From an uncultured Candidatus Rokubacteria bacterium (GTDB lineage Bacteria; Methylomirabilota; Methylomirabilia; Rokubacteriales; CSP1-6): 64,000 nt of DNA. Made by a program: the position numbers and the translations under genes. Below, piece by piece: positions 42,994 through 51,849 of the stretch (position 1 is the stretch's first letter; each line of letters opens with the position of its first letter). The notes beneath the pieces are model-generated. The model saw nothing but the letters and a program-made list of their open reading frames with translations, made no database searches and had not been told where the DNA came from. The DNA lies in contig CAVXJS010000011.1 of assembly GCA_963762145.1 (NCBI GenBank), positions 96,001 to 160,000 on the forward strand, written 5' to 3'.

Positions 42994-43033
42994 CTTGGTA
43001 ACGGTGCCAAGATCACTTGGTGCCGCTACCAAG
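42994..43033. promoter_or_regulatory. Tandem palindromes CTTGG-N8-CCAAG (candidate enhancer; could also fold as the acs 3' hairpin)
   Basis: Two 18-bp dyads at 42994-43011 and 43016-43033, 22 bp apart, upstream of a -24/-12 promoter. Confidence 0.55.
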
Positions 43034-43093
43034 AAGGGCCCATGGAGACAGAGACTTCGCTCGTCGAATCGCGCACTTGGAAAGGGGCTCGCC

Positions 43094-43109
43094 TGGCACC
43101 GTTCGTGCT
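43094..43109 (+). promoter_or_regulatory. Candidate sigma-54 promoter
   Basis: TGGCAC-CGTTC-GTGCT (GG-N10-GC). Confidence 0.6.
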
Positions 43110-43124
43110 GCTCCGGGCGGACCA

Positions 43125-43439
43125 ATGCGCTACCGGCGAATCGCCTTCATGGTTGCGTTGTACGTGACGGTCGACCTCACGAACCCGTTCATCGGGTGCG
43201 CGTTCAATTTCAGCCCAGAGGAGTCGATCGACGGTCTATCGCGCTCCGATGAGCGGCTCCTCCCGCAGGAGGCCCCGGCGGTGCTGCCGACGCCCCCCGG
43301 TGGGGACAACCACGCCCGAATCGCGCGCCTCGCTCCCACCTGGCGGTTCACGGCCCGCGTGCTGGGCGGGTGGCTCGCGCAGATGAGACAGGGGCACGCG
43401 CCGAATTCCGATCCGCAGTCGTCGACCGAAGATCACTAG
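43125..43439 (+). CDS. Hypothetical protein
   Basis: ATG just downstream of the sigma-54 site and an N-terminal hydrophobic stretch. Codon usage is atypical and no family was recognised. Confidence 0.4.
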   Translation: MRYRRIAFMVALYVTVDLTNPFIGCAFNFSPEESIDGLSRSDERLLPQEAPAVLPTPPGGDNHARIARLAPTWRFTARVLGGWLAQMRQGHAPNSDPQSSTEDH

Positions 43440-43539
43440 CGGCGCCCGCCGCACAGGTGTCCGTGGTCGTTCCCGTGCCCGCCGGCGATCGGCGTGCGCG
43501 TGGCCGGGTGATTCGAACCATCTCTCAGGAGGGGATCCA

Positions 43540-43809
43540 ATGGCGGATCTGACCGACAAACAGAAGGACGCGTACTGGCGGTTCAACGTCAAGCTCACCA
43601 CGATCCTGCTGGTCATCTGGTTCGTGGTGACGTATCTGATCTCCGGGCTGTGGGCGGGCTGGCTGAACCAGTACTCGGTCCTCGGCTTCCCGATGGGGTA
43701 TTACATGGCGGCCCAGGGCTCGCTCGCGATCTTCGTCATCGAGATCGCGGTGTACGCCTACCTCATGAATCGCAAGGACCAGGAGTACGGCATTCGCGAG
43801 GAGGCCTAG
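43540..43809 (+). CDS. DUF4212 family small subunit of a solute:sodium symporter
   Basis: AYWR.N, LGFPMGYYMAAQGS; SD AGGAGG. Confidence 0.9.
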   Translation: MADLTDKQKDAYWRFNVKLTTILLVIWFVVTYLISGLWAGWLNQYSVLGFPMGYYMAAQGSLAIFVIEIAVYAYLMNRKDQEYGIREEA

Positions 43810-43812
43810 CGC

Positions 43813-45735
43813 ATGAGCCTGGACAAGATCTTCGGTCTCTACACCGTCTCGTTCCTCGCCGTGACGATCCTTATCGGCATCGGCGAGCTGGCCTTCGGTC
43901 TGCCCAACCGGTGGATCGGCTGGATCTTCATGGCCCTGTCCCTCGCCATCTACATCGTCATCGGCGTGGTCACCCGCACGTCGAACCCGGACCAGTACTA
44001 CGTGGCCGGGCGCGGGGTGCCCGCCTTGTACAACGGCATGGCCACCGGCTCCGACTGGATGTCGGCGGCTTCCTTCATCTCGATGGGTGGTGCCCTGTCC
44101 GCCCAGGGCTTCGCCGGGCTGGCGTACGTCATGGGCTGGACCGGCGGTTACCTGCTGCTGGCGGTGTTTCTCGGCCCGTACCTGCGCCAGTTCGGCGCCT
44201 ACACGATTCCCGACTTCCTCAGCGCCCGCTACGGCGGCACGTCCGCCCGTCTCATCGGGGTCGTCGCGGCGGTCGCCTGTTCCTTCACGTATCTGATCGC
44301 GCAGGTCACCGGCGTCGGCCTGATCGTCTCGCGCTTCATCGGCCTCGACTTCAACGTGGGCGTCTTCGTCGGCCTGCTGGGCGTGCTGTTCTGCTCGGTG
44401 CTGGGCGGAATGCGCTCGGTCACGTGGACCCAGGTCGCGCAGTACATCATCCTGATCATCTCCTACCTGGTCCCGGTCGTGTATCTCTCGTGGCAGCTCT
44501 TCTCGATCCCGATCCCCGAGCTGACCTACGGTCGCGTCCTGCAGCAGAACAACAGCAAGGCCATCGAGATCACGCGCGACGCGAAGGAGAAAGAGACGCG
44601 CGCGCTCTGGAAGAAGGACGCGGACGAGGTCAACGCCAAGATCAAGGCGGGCGGCCTGCCCGAGGCCGAGATCGACAAGCTGAAGGCGCAGGCGGCCCTA
44701 TCGGGTCGGCAGGCAACCGCGCCGGCGGCCAGCGACGACGCCACGATCAGCCGGTATCTCACGGTGCCCTCCGGCGTCGGGATGTGGAACTTCCTGGCCC
44801 TCACGTTCTGCCTGATGGTGGGCACCGCGGGCCTGCCGCACATCCTGACCCGCTACTACACCACGCCTTCGGTACGCCAGGCGCGCACCTCGGTGGCGTG
44901 GTCGCTGTTCTTCATCTTCCTGCTGTACTTCACCGCCCCGGCCTACGCGGCCTTCGCGCGCTTCACGATCTACGCCAAGCTGGTCGGCACCAAGGTCGCG
45001 GAGCTACCACGCTGGGTCACGCTCTGGCAGCCCGCCGGTCTCTTCGACGTGGTGGACAAGAACGGGGACGGCATCGTGCAGTGGGCCGACTTCGTGATCA
45101 AGAGCACCGACTTCGTGGTGCTGGCCATGCCCGAGATCGCGGGCCTGCCCTTCGTGATCACCGGGCTCGTCATGGCGGGCGGTCTCGCGGCCGCGCTGTC
45201 CACCGCGGATGGGCTGCTGCTCACGATCGCCAATGCCATCTCGCACGACCTTTACTACAACGTCATCGATCCGAGCGCCTCGCTCACCAAGCGGCTCACC
45301 ATCACCAAGGTGCTCCTGGTGGTGACCGCGATCATCGCGGCCTGGGTGGCCACGTTCCGCCTGTCCCTGATCGTGGAGCTCGTGGCCTGGGCCTTCAGCC
45401 TGGCCGGCGCATCGTTCTTCCCCGCGCTCGTCATGGGGATCTGGTGGAAGCGGGCCAACAAGGCGGGGGCGGTGGCGGGCATGGTCCTCGGCCTCGGCAT
45501 CACGACCTACTACATGATCGGCAGCCGGTTCTACGGCCTCTCCTGGTTCGGCACGCAGACCATCGCGTCGGCCATCTTCGGCCTGCCGGCCGGGTTCCTC
45601 ACCATCTGGATCGTCTCGCTCCTCACCGCGCCGCCGCCCAAGGCGGTGCAGGACCTCGTGGTCAGTGTCCGGTATCCGAAGTCCGGTCAAGGGACCGCGC
45701 TGTCGGCCCAGGGCATCGGGCTCGGCCGGCACTGA
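43813..45735 (+). CDS. actP: Cation/acetate symporter (ActP-like, VC_2705 subfamily SSS)
   Basis: YYVAGR, NGMAT..DWMSAASF, GTAGLPHIL.RYYT, AAALSTA.GLLL. Follows acs and DUF4212. Confidence 0.88.
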   Translation: MSLDKIFGLYTVSFLAVTILIGIGELAFGLPNRWIGWIFMALSLAIYIVIGVVTRTSNPDQYYVAGRGVPALYNGMATGSDWMSAASFISMGGALSAQGFAGLAYVMGWTGGYLLLAVFLGPYLRQFGAYTIPDFLSARYGGTSARLIGVVAAVACSFTYLIAQVTGVGLIVSRFIGLDFNVGVFVGLLGVLFCSVLGGMRSVTWTQVAQYIILIISYLVPVVYLSWQLFSIPIPELTYGRVLQQNNSKAIEITRDAKEKETRALWKKDADEVNAKIKAGGLPEAEIDKLKAQAALSGRQATAPAASDDATISRYLTVPSGVGMWNFLALTFCLMVGTAGLPHILTRYYTTPSVRQARTSVAWSLFFIFLLYFTAPAYAAFARFTIYAKLVGTKVAELPRWVTLWQPAGLFDVVDKNGDGIVQWADFVIKSTDFVVLAMPEIAGLPFVITGLVMAGGLAAALSTADGLLLTIANAISHDLYYNVIDPSASLTKRLTITKVLLVVTAIIAAWVATFRLSLIVELVAWAFSLAGASFFPALVMGIWWKRANKAGAVAGMVLGLGITTYYMIGSRFYGLSWFGTQTIASAIFGLPAGFLTIWIVSLLTAPPPKAVQDLVVSVRYPKSGQGTALSAQGIGLGRH

Positions 45736-45746
45736 TCGCATGACCC

Positions 45747-45782
45747 GGCGCGGGCAGGGGGGCTCTCGCCTCTGCCCGCGCC
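45747..45782 (+). terminator. GC-rich hairpin after actP
   Basis: GGCGCGGGCAG...CTGCCCGCGCC stem with no U-tract. Confidence 0.45.
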
Positions 45783-45791
45783 ACCACCCTC

Positions 45792-46079
45792 ATGCATGAG
45801 CTGATCTACCGGTTCCTCGTCCTGGTGTGGTTTCTGTCGTACATGGCCGCCATCTATCTCGCCCTGCACATGATCGTGGCCCGTTTCACGCGGGCGCCGG
45901 ATAGCCGCCTGCTCTGGTTCTTTTCCGTGATCACCGGCCCGCTCACCCGGCCGGTCCGCGGCTGGGCCCCGGCGGGCACGTCCGAGGGACGGGTGCGGCT
46001 GATCACCCTGGTCGTGCTGGTCGCCCTGTGGCTCGGCTCGCGGCTGCTGCTCGGCACCATGGGTGGCCTGGACCTCTGA
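45792..46079 (+). CDS. Small membrane protein (YggT-like)
   Basis: Two TM helices with FSVITGPLTRPVR between them. Confidence 0.6.
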   Translation: MHELIYRFLVLVWFLSYMAAIYLALHMIVARFTRAPDSRLLWFFSVITGPLTRPVRGWAPAGTSEGRVRLITLVVLVALWLGSRLLLGTMGGLDL

Positions 46080-46533
46080 GGAGCCGACGGGTCACGTGCT
46101 CCGGCTGGCCGGGACCAACGCGCTCGCGATGCTGATGTTCGCCGTGATCTACGCTGCGGCCGGGGCCCGTTGGCTCACGCAGGGGGCCTTCCTGGCCAGT
46201 CTGACGGTGTTCTTCATCTCGGTCACGGCGCTCTGGGTCCACGTCGAGCGTTCGCGGCCCGGAGCCCGCGACGTCCTGAGCCGGATCGGCCGCGGGGTAC
46301 TCGCGCTGCTGATCGTTGCCGTCGGGCTGCCGGCACTCGTGCTGGCGCCTCTCTTCGCCGTACAGGAGACGCTGCCCGCGGACGCCGGCTTTGCGGATGT
46401 CGTTCGGCCGGTCATGGTTCTCCTGCTGCTCGCACTGGTCCTCGTGGTCGCGGTGAACATCGCGGGGCTTCTGGTATTGGCGGTCTCCGGTCTGACCTCG
46501 CGGCTTCGGCGGGGGCGCGGCGCCGGACGTTAG
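46063..46533 (+). CDS. Hypothetical membrane protein
   Basis: Four hydrophobic segments; start uncertain. Confidence 0.55.
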   Translation: MAWTSEEPTGHVLRLAGTNALAMLMFAVIYAAAGARWLTQGAFLASLTVFFISVTALWVHVERSRPGARDVLSRIGRGVLALLIVAVGLPALVLAPLFAVQETLPADAGFADVVRPVMVLLLLALVLVVAVNIAGLLVLAVSGLTSRLRRGRGAGR

Positions 46534-46688
46534 CCGTCGGTTCCAAAGCTATCCACAGACCAGAACTGACATACCCACTGACGAATTTTCCCAGTGGTTA
46601 CCGGGCGTTTTGCCCCGTAGGTTTCACTGCCCTTGCGGTTGTCCAACGAATATCGGGGGTTTTCGCACGTCTCTTCCATGCAGTGGTC

Positions 46689-46704
46689 AGGCACAGGCTT
46701 TGCA
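46689..46704 (+). promoter_or_regulatory. Candidate sigma-54 promoter
   Basis: AGGCAC-AGGCT-TTGCA (GG-N10-GC) in an AT-richer intergenic region. Confidence 0.65.
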
Positions 46705-46751
46705 GCTAGCTGCGCCAACCGGGCGAGCCGGGTCGGAGCGATCCGGCGCCC

Positions 46752-47174
46752 ATGGAGGAGACGATGGACGAGATCAAGCAGCGCCTGGAGCGGGAACTGA
46801 GCCACACCATGCAGCGCATCCGGCACATGGGTGGGGTCAATACGATGGAAGAGCTCGGTGGCGGCCGGGGAGAGAACACGCCGCTGGCCGACGAAGTCGA
46901 CGTGATCCGGCTGAACGAGGATCGCGAGATGAACTTCGCCACGCGGAGCCTGCTGGTGGAACGCGCCAACAAGCTGGCGGAGGCGCTCGAGAGGCTGCGG
47001 GGCGGGGAGTACGGCGTGTGTGAGGAGTGCGGCGAGGCGATCGCGCCCGCCCGGCTTCGCGTCATGCCGGAGGTCACCACCTGCGTGCGCTGCCAGGACC
47101 GCCTCGAGCGGATGCTGCCGCGCCTGGAAACGGTCGGCGCCGTGGTCGACGCCGACGAGCCCGAGGACGACTAG
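46752..47174 (+). CDS. DksA/TraR family C4 zinc-finger protein
   Basis: YGVCEECG..I...RL...P....CVRC, preceded by a coiled coil. Alternative start ATG 46764 after GGAGG. Confidence 0.9.
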   Translation: MEETMDEIKQRLERELSHTMQRIRHMGGVNTMEELGGGRGENTPLADEVDVIRLNEDREMNFATRSLLVERANKLAEALERLRGGEYGVCEECGEAIAPARLRVMPEVTTCVRCQDRLERMLPRLETVGAVVDADEPEDD

Positions 47175-47181
47175 CTGATCC

Positions 47182-47919
47182 CTACGACCGGCCGAGCCGG
47201 GCCCGCAGCAGGCCCGGCCGGTCGGTGATGATTCCGTTCACACCCCACTCGACGAGCCGGTCCATCTGGGCCGGCTCGTTGACTGTCCAGACGTAGCACT
47301 CGAGCCCGGCTCCGTGGATTTGCGCGAGGAGCGGGGCGGTCAGGACGTGTCCGCCGGGACAGATCGCGCTGACCACCTCCGGCGCGAGCAGGGCCGGGTC
47401 GATGGGCGCCTGCGCCACCAGTGCCCCGACCGGAATCTCGCGGTTGAGGCTCCGCACCCTGGCGATGGCCGTGTCGTCGAAGGACTGCACCAGGACCCGG
47501 TCCACCACGTCGTAGATCTCCACCATCGAGACCACCCGCTCCTCGACGCCCGGATAGAGTGCCGAGCCGGCCTTCAGCTCGATCCAGAAGCGCGCCCGGC
47601 TCCGAAACCGTTCCAGGACCTCCTGGAGCGTCTGTACGCGCTGGCCGCGGAATCGGCGGTCGTGCCAGCCGCCCGCGTCCAGGCGCTTGAGCTCGCGGAC
47701 GCGATGATCGCCCACCGGGCCCGCGCCGTCGGTGGTGCGTTCCAGGGTGAAATCGTGGATGACGACCGGCTGCTCGTCGGCGGAGAGGTGCACGTCCAGC
47801 TCGATGCCGTCGGCACCCTGCTCGAGGGCCAGCTCGAAGGCCGCGATGGTGTTCTCGGGCGCGTCGGCCGAGGCGCCACGGTGGCCGATCACGAGGGGGC
47901 GCGCGTCCGCTCCGGGCAC
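47182..47919 (-). CDS. Glycerophosphodiester phosphodiesterase
   Basis: GHRGAS..APENT, IELDV, VIHD.TL.RTT, WTVN, IITD.P. Confidence 0.94.
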   Translation of the reverse strand: MPGADARPLVIGHRGASADAPENTIAAFELALEQGADGIELDVHLSADEQPVVIHDFTLERTTDGAGPVGDHRVRELKRLDAGGWHDRRFRGQRVQTLQEVLERFRSRARFWIELKAGSALYPGVEERVVSMVEIYDVVDRVLVQSFDDTAIARVRSLNREIPVGALVAQAPIDPALLAPEVVSAICPGGHVLTAPLLAQIHGAGLECYVWTVNEPAQMDRLVEWGVNGIITDRPGLLRARLGRS

Positions 47920-47954
47920 TGTCGGTCTCAGACGGGGCGTGGCACTATCGGGCC

Positions 47955-48599
47955 GTGCGCACGCCCGTGATCGACGTCGCCCGGCCGGTCATCCGGCTCG
48001 GGGCGCGCATCTATTTCCGCATCCGCTTCGAAGGCGTCCATCACATCCCTCGCTCCGGTCCTCTCCTCATCGTGCCGAACCATGTCACGTTTGCCGACCC
48101 GGTGCTCGCGACCATTCCGGTGCGCCGGCCCGTCCACTACATGGCATGGAACGCCCTGTTCCGCGTGCGTGGCCTCTCGTGGCTCATTCGCCGCCTGCGC
48201 GCCTTTCCGGTGGACATCGACGGGGCCGACGCGGGCGCGACCCGGGCCGCGGTCCGCCTCCTCCGCGCGGGGGAGGCGGTCATGATCTTCCCCGAGGCCG
48301 GCCGGAGCCTCGACGGGCGGGTCCAGCGCTTCCGCCTTGGCGCGTTCCGCCTGGCCTGCTCGCTCGGCGTGCCCGTCATGCCGGTGACCATCATCGGGGC
48401 GCACGAGTGCTGGCCGCCCGGTCGCCGCCTGCCGCGCCCCGGCCGCCTCACCATCGTCTATCATCCGGTGATCGCGCCGCCGGAGAACCTCGACGTGAAG
48501 GGGGCCGCGCGGGACCTCGCCCATCGCGTCCACGCGGTCGTCGCCGCCGCGCTGCCCGCGCACCAGCGGCCAGATGCGCCGAGTGACGCGCCCGCCTGA
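47955..48599 (+). CDS. plsC: Lysophospholipid acyltransferase (PlsC family)
   Basis: NHVTFAD (HX4D), IFPEAGRS. Confidence 0.88.
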   Translation: MRTPVIDVARPVIRLGARIYFRIRFEGVHHIPRSGPLLIVPNHVTFADPVLATIPVRRPVHYMAWNALFRVRGLSWLIRRLRAFPVDIDGADAGATRAAVRLLRAGEAVMIFPEAGRSLDGRVQRFRLGAFRLACSLGVPVMPVTIIGAHECWPPGRRLPRPGRLTIVYHPVIAPPENLDVKGAARDLAHRVHAVVAAALPAHQRPDAPSDAPA

Positions 48600-48642
48600 G
48601 GCGCGAGCATTATACGGGCGTCCAGTGTATTCTCTCCCTTCA

Positions 48643-49134
48643 ATGGCACGTCGCGTCGAGTCCGCCATCCTCGTCCTCCACGGCCCGAATCTCAACCTCC
48701 TCGGCACCCGCGAGCCGGCGGTCTACGGCCGTGTCACGCTCACGGAGGTGAACCGCGCGGTGCAGCGCCACGCGGAGAGTCGGGGCGCGCGAGCGGTCTG
48801 CCGGCAGTCCAACCACGAGGGGGAGCTGGTGGACTGGATCCAGGCGGCGGCGCGCGAAGGCTTCCGCGGCATCGTCTTCAATCCGGGCGCGCTCTCGCAC
48901 TACTCGATCGCCTTACGCGACGCGGTGGCCTCGGTGCGCGTGCCGGTGGTCGAGGTGCATCTCTCGAACATCCATGCCCGCGAGGAGTTCCGACACCACT
49001 CGGTGGTCGCGGCGGCCGCCGTCGGGCAGATCTCCGGTTTCGGGCCATCCAGCTACCTGCTCGGCGTGGACGCCCTCCTGGGCGCCTCGCCTGCGATCGG
49101 CGCCCGGGGGACGGCCCGGCAGCGTCGGCCGTGA
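48643..49134 (+). CDS. aroQ: Type II 3-dehydroquinate dehydratase
   Basis: [36 protein letters not shown]. Confidence 0.97.
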   Translation: MARRVESAILVLHGPNLNLLGTREPAVYGRVTLTEVNRAVQRHAESRGARAVCRQSNHEGELVDWIQAAAREGFRGIVFNPGALSHYSIALRDAVASVRVPVVEVHLSNIHAREEFRHHSVVAAAAVGQISGFGPSSYLLGVDALLGASPAIGARGTARQRRP

Positions 49135-49205
49135 ATGCGGGCGCCCTACCTGCCGTCCTACCCCCGATCGCTTAGGGGGCGCGAGGGCCGCGACCGGGTC
49201 CGGCC

Positions 49206-50294
49206 GTGACGCCGCCCGACGGTCCCGCCGGGCTCCCGGAGTCCCCCGGAATCGACGAGCGAGCGCTCATCCAGCGGTGCATCGGGGGAGACGCCGCGGC
49301 GTTCGAGCCGCTGGTCGAGAAATACCGTCAGCGGGTGTGGCGTCTGGCCTACCAGGTGTTGCACGACCGCGAGGAGGCCTGGGACGTGGCTCAGGAGGCA
49401 TTCGTGCGGGCGTTTCATTCGCTGTCGTCGTTCCGTGGCCAGTCGGCGTTCTACACCTGGCTCTTTCGCATCACCGTGAACGTGGCCACCGATCGGCATC
49501 GGCAGCGAGGCGCGCAGGCGCGCGCCTTCGGGCCGGAGCGGGTGACCGAGGAGGAATGGACCCGCAGCATGCCCGATCCGGGACGGGGGCCGGATCAGGA
49601 AGCGACGCGCGCGGAGCAGCGCGAGCGCATCCGTCGGGCGCTCGATGCCTTGCCGCCCAAGGCCCGAACGATTATCATGCTGAGTGACGTGGAGGGCCTT
49701 TCGTACCGCGAGATCGCCGAGGTGCTCAACTGCCCGATCGGAACCGTGATGTCCAGGCTGCATAACGCGCGGAAGCGGCTCAAGGGCCTCCTGGGGCCGA
49801 TGCTCGTCCTGATCCTCTGGCTGGGGCTGACGCTCGGCTGGGTCATGCCAGCCGAGGCCCAGCAGATCATTCGCTTCGGCGTCCGCATCATGGAGGCCTC
49901 GAGCCCGCCCCGCGCGGGCGAGACCCCGGGCGTCCTCCGGGCTCCCGCCACGCCCGAGGCCGAGACCGACGAGCGCATGAAGAGGATCCTGCCCCGGCTC
50001 CGCACCCTCTTCCGTTACACCGACTACACCACGCTCGACCGCCAGCGCGTCGAGGGGCCGCTCGGCACCCAGCAGCGGTTCGCGGTGCCCGGCGAGCGGT
50101 GGCTCGAGGTCACGCCCGACCAGCTCCACGGCGACCACGTGCGGATGCGGGTGCGCCTCCTGCGCGGCGTGCATCCGGAGGTCAACGCGGCGATCCAGGC
50201 CGCGCCCGGCGCCCCCGCGGTGCTCGGCGGCCCGCCGTACGGCAACGGCGTGCTGATCATCATCCTCTGGGCCAATCCCAATCCCGCTCCCTAG
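49206..50294 (+). CDS. ECF sigma factor with C-terminal TM/signal-peptide segment and extracytoplasmic domain
   Basis: Sigma2 DVAQEAF, FRGQSAFYTWL; sigma4 GLSYREIA..L.CPIGTVMSRL. Continues in frame into MLVLILWLGLTLGWVMPAEA-QQ and about 145 more aa. Confidence 0.88.
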   Translation: MTPPDGPAGLPESPGIDERALIQRCIGGDAAAFEPLVEKYRQRVWRLAYQVLHDREEAWDVAQEAFVRAFHSLSSFRGQSAFYTWLFRITVNVATDRHRQRGAQARAFGPERVTEEEWTRSMPDPGRGPDQEATRAEQRERIRRALDALPPKARTIIMLSDVEGLSYREIAEVLNCPIGTVMSRLHNARKRLKGLLGPMLVLILWLGLTLGWVMPAEAQQIIRFGVRIMEASSPPRAGETPGVLRAPATPEAETDERMKRILPRLRTLFRYTDYTTLDRQRVEGPLGTQQRFAVPGERWLEVTPDQLHGDHVRMRVRLLRGVHPEVNAAIQAAPGAPAVLGGPPYGNGVLIIILWANPNPAP

Positions 50295-50300
50295 CCCCGC

Positions 50301-51824
50301 GTGAGCGAGCAGCGCTACCGGCAGGAACGGGCCCGTATCGAGCAGGGCCACGTCAAGTACCGCGAGAAGCTCAGGGACGAGGGCAAGCTCTTCGTCCGCG
50401 ACCGCCTGAAGCTGCTCCTGGATCCCGGGACCGAGTTCCAGGAGGATTTCCTCTTCGCGCGCAACCAGGAGGCGGACACGCCCGCCGACGGCGTGGTCAC
50501 GGGGGTCGGCACGGTCGGCGGCCGCGCGGTGTGCGTGATGGCCAACGACTACACCGTGAAGGCGGGCTCGTGGGGCGAGAAGACCATCCAGAAGATCGTG
50601 CGCATCCAGGAGCGCGCCCAGCGGCTGCAGGTGCCGATGATCTACCTGGTGGACGCGGCGGGCGGGCGCATCTCGGAGCAGATCAAGATCTTCCCCGGGC
50701 GCTTCCACGCCGGCCGCATCTTCTACAACGAGGTCCAGCTCTCCGGGGTGGTGCCGCAGGTGTGCGTGCTCTTCGGCCCGTCGCCGGCCGGCTCCGCCTA
50801 TCTGCCCGCGCTCACCGATTGCGTGATCATGGTGGACGGCAAGGCAAGTCTCTACGTCGGGTCTCCCCGAATGGTCGAGATGGCCATCGGGGAGAAGACG
50901 ACCCTCGAGGACCTGGGCGGAGCGCGGATGCACTGCACGGTGTCGGGATGCGGCGACGTGCTCGCCGCCTCCGACGAGGAGGCGATCGAGATCTGCCGGC
51001 GATACTTGAGCTACCTGCCCGGCTCTTTCCGCGAGCGGCCCGCCCCCGTCGAGCCGGTCGGCCCGAAGCCGGGCCGGTCCATCGAGGAGATCGTGCCCTA
51101 CGACCAGCGCAAGTGGTTCGACATGTACGAGGTGATCGACCGCGTGGTGGACGCGGGGTCCTTCTTCGAGATCAAGCGGCTCTTCGCGCCGGAGATCATC
51201 GTGGGCTTCGCGCGCCTCGGCGGCCGCGCGGTGGGCGTGGTGGCCAATCAGCCCAAGGTCAAGGGCGGCGTGCTGATGGTGGACTCCTCCGACAAGGCGG
51301 CGCGGTTCATCGCGCTCTGCAACGCCTTCAACGTCCCGCTCCTGTACCTGGCCGACGTCCCGGGTTTCATGGTCGGCAGCAAGGTGGAGCGGGCCGGCAT
51401 CATCCGCCACGGGGCCAAGATGGTCTTCGCGACGTCGCAGGCCACCGTGCCCAAGATCTGCGTGGTCGTGCGCAAGTGCTACGGTGCCGGCCTGTACGCG
51501 ATGTGCGGCCCGGCCTTCGAGCCGGACGCGGCGCTCGCGCTGCCGCAGGGGCAGGTGGCCATCATGGGGCCCGAGCCGGCGGTCAATGCGGTGTACTACA
51601 ACAAGATCATGGAGCTGCCGGAGGGCGAGCGGGCCGCCTATGTCCAGCAGAAGCGCGACGAGTACGCGCAGGACGTGGACATCTACAAGCTCGCCTCCGA
51701 GATGCTGGTGGACGGCATCGTCGGCGGCTCCGAGCTGCGCGACGAGCTGATCAAGCGGCTGGCCTACGCAGAATCCAAGCAGCTCGAGTTCCCCCCGCGC
51801 CGCAATCCGGTCCTGCCCGTCTGA
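50301..51824 (+). CDS. Acyl-CoA carboxylase carboxyltransferase (beta) subunit
   Basis: PADGVVTG, NDYTVKAGS, LGGARMH, DVPGFMVG, RKCYGAG. Confidence 0.93.
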   Translation: MSEQRYRQERARIEQGHVKYREKLRDEGKLFVRDRLKLLLDPGTEFQEDFLFARNQEADTPADGVVTGVGTVGGRAVCVMANDYTVKAGSWGEKTIQKIVRIQERAQRLQVPMIYLVDAAGGRISEQIKIFPGRFHAGRIFYNEVQLSGVVPQVCVLFGPSPAGSAYLPALTDCVIMVDGKASLYVGSPRMVEMAIGEKTTLEDLGGARMHCTVSGCGDVLAASDEEAIEICRRYLSYLPGSFRERPAPVEPVGPKPGRSIEEIVPYDQRKWFDMYEVIDRVVDAGSFFEIKRLFAPEIIVGFARLGGRAVGVVANQPKVKGGVLMVDSSDKAARFIALCNAFNVPLLYLADVPGFMVGSKVERAGIIRHGAKMVFATSQATVPKICVVVRKCYGAGLYAMCGPAFEPDAALALPQGQVAIMGPEPAVNAVYYNKIMELPEGERAAYVQQKRDEYAQDVDIYKLASEMLVDGIVGGSELRDELIKRLAYAESKQLEFPPRRNPVLPV

Positions 51825-51849
51825 GCGGCGTGTCCGCCGCGGCCCCCGC

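Noticed and set aside
45049-45085. EF-hand-like DKNGDG loop in the ActP-like symporter
   Set aside because: This appears to be a common feature of this SSS subfamily, so it was not treated as novel.
46549-46557. DnaA-box-like CTATCCACA
   Set aside because: A single 8/9 match with no box cluster or origin-linked genes.
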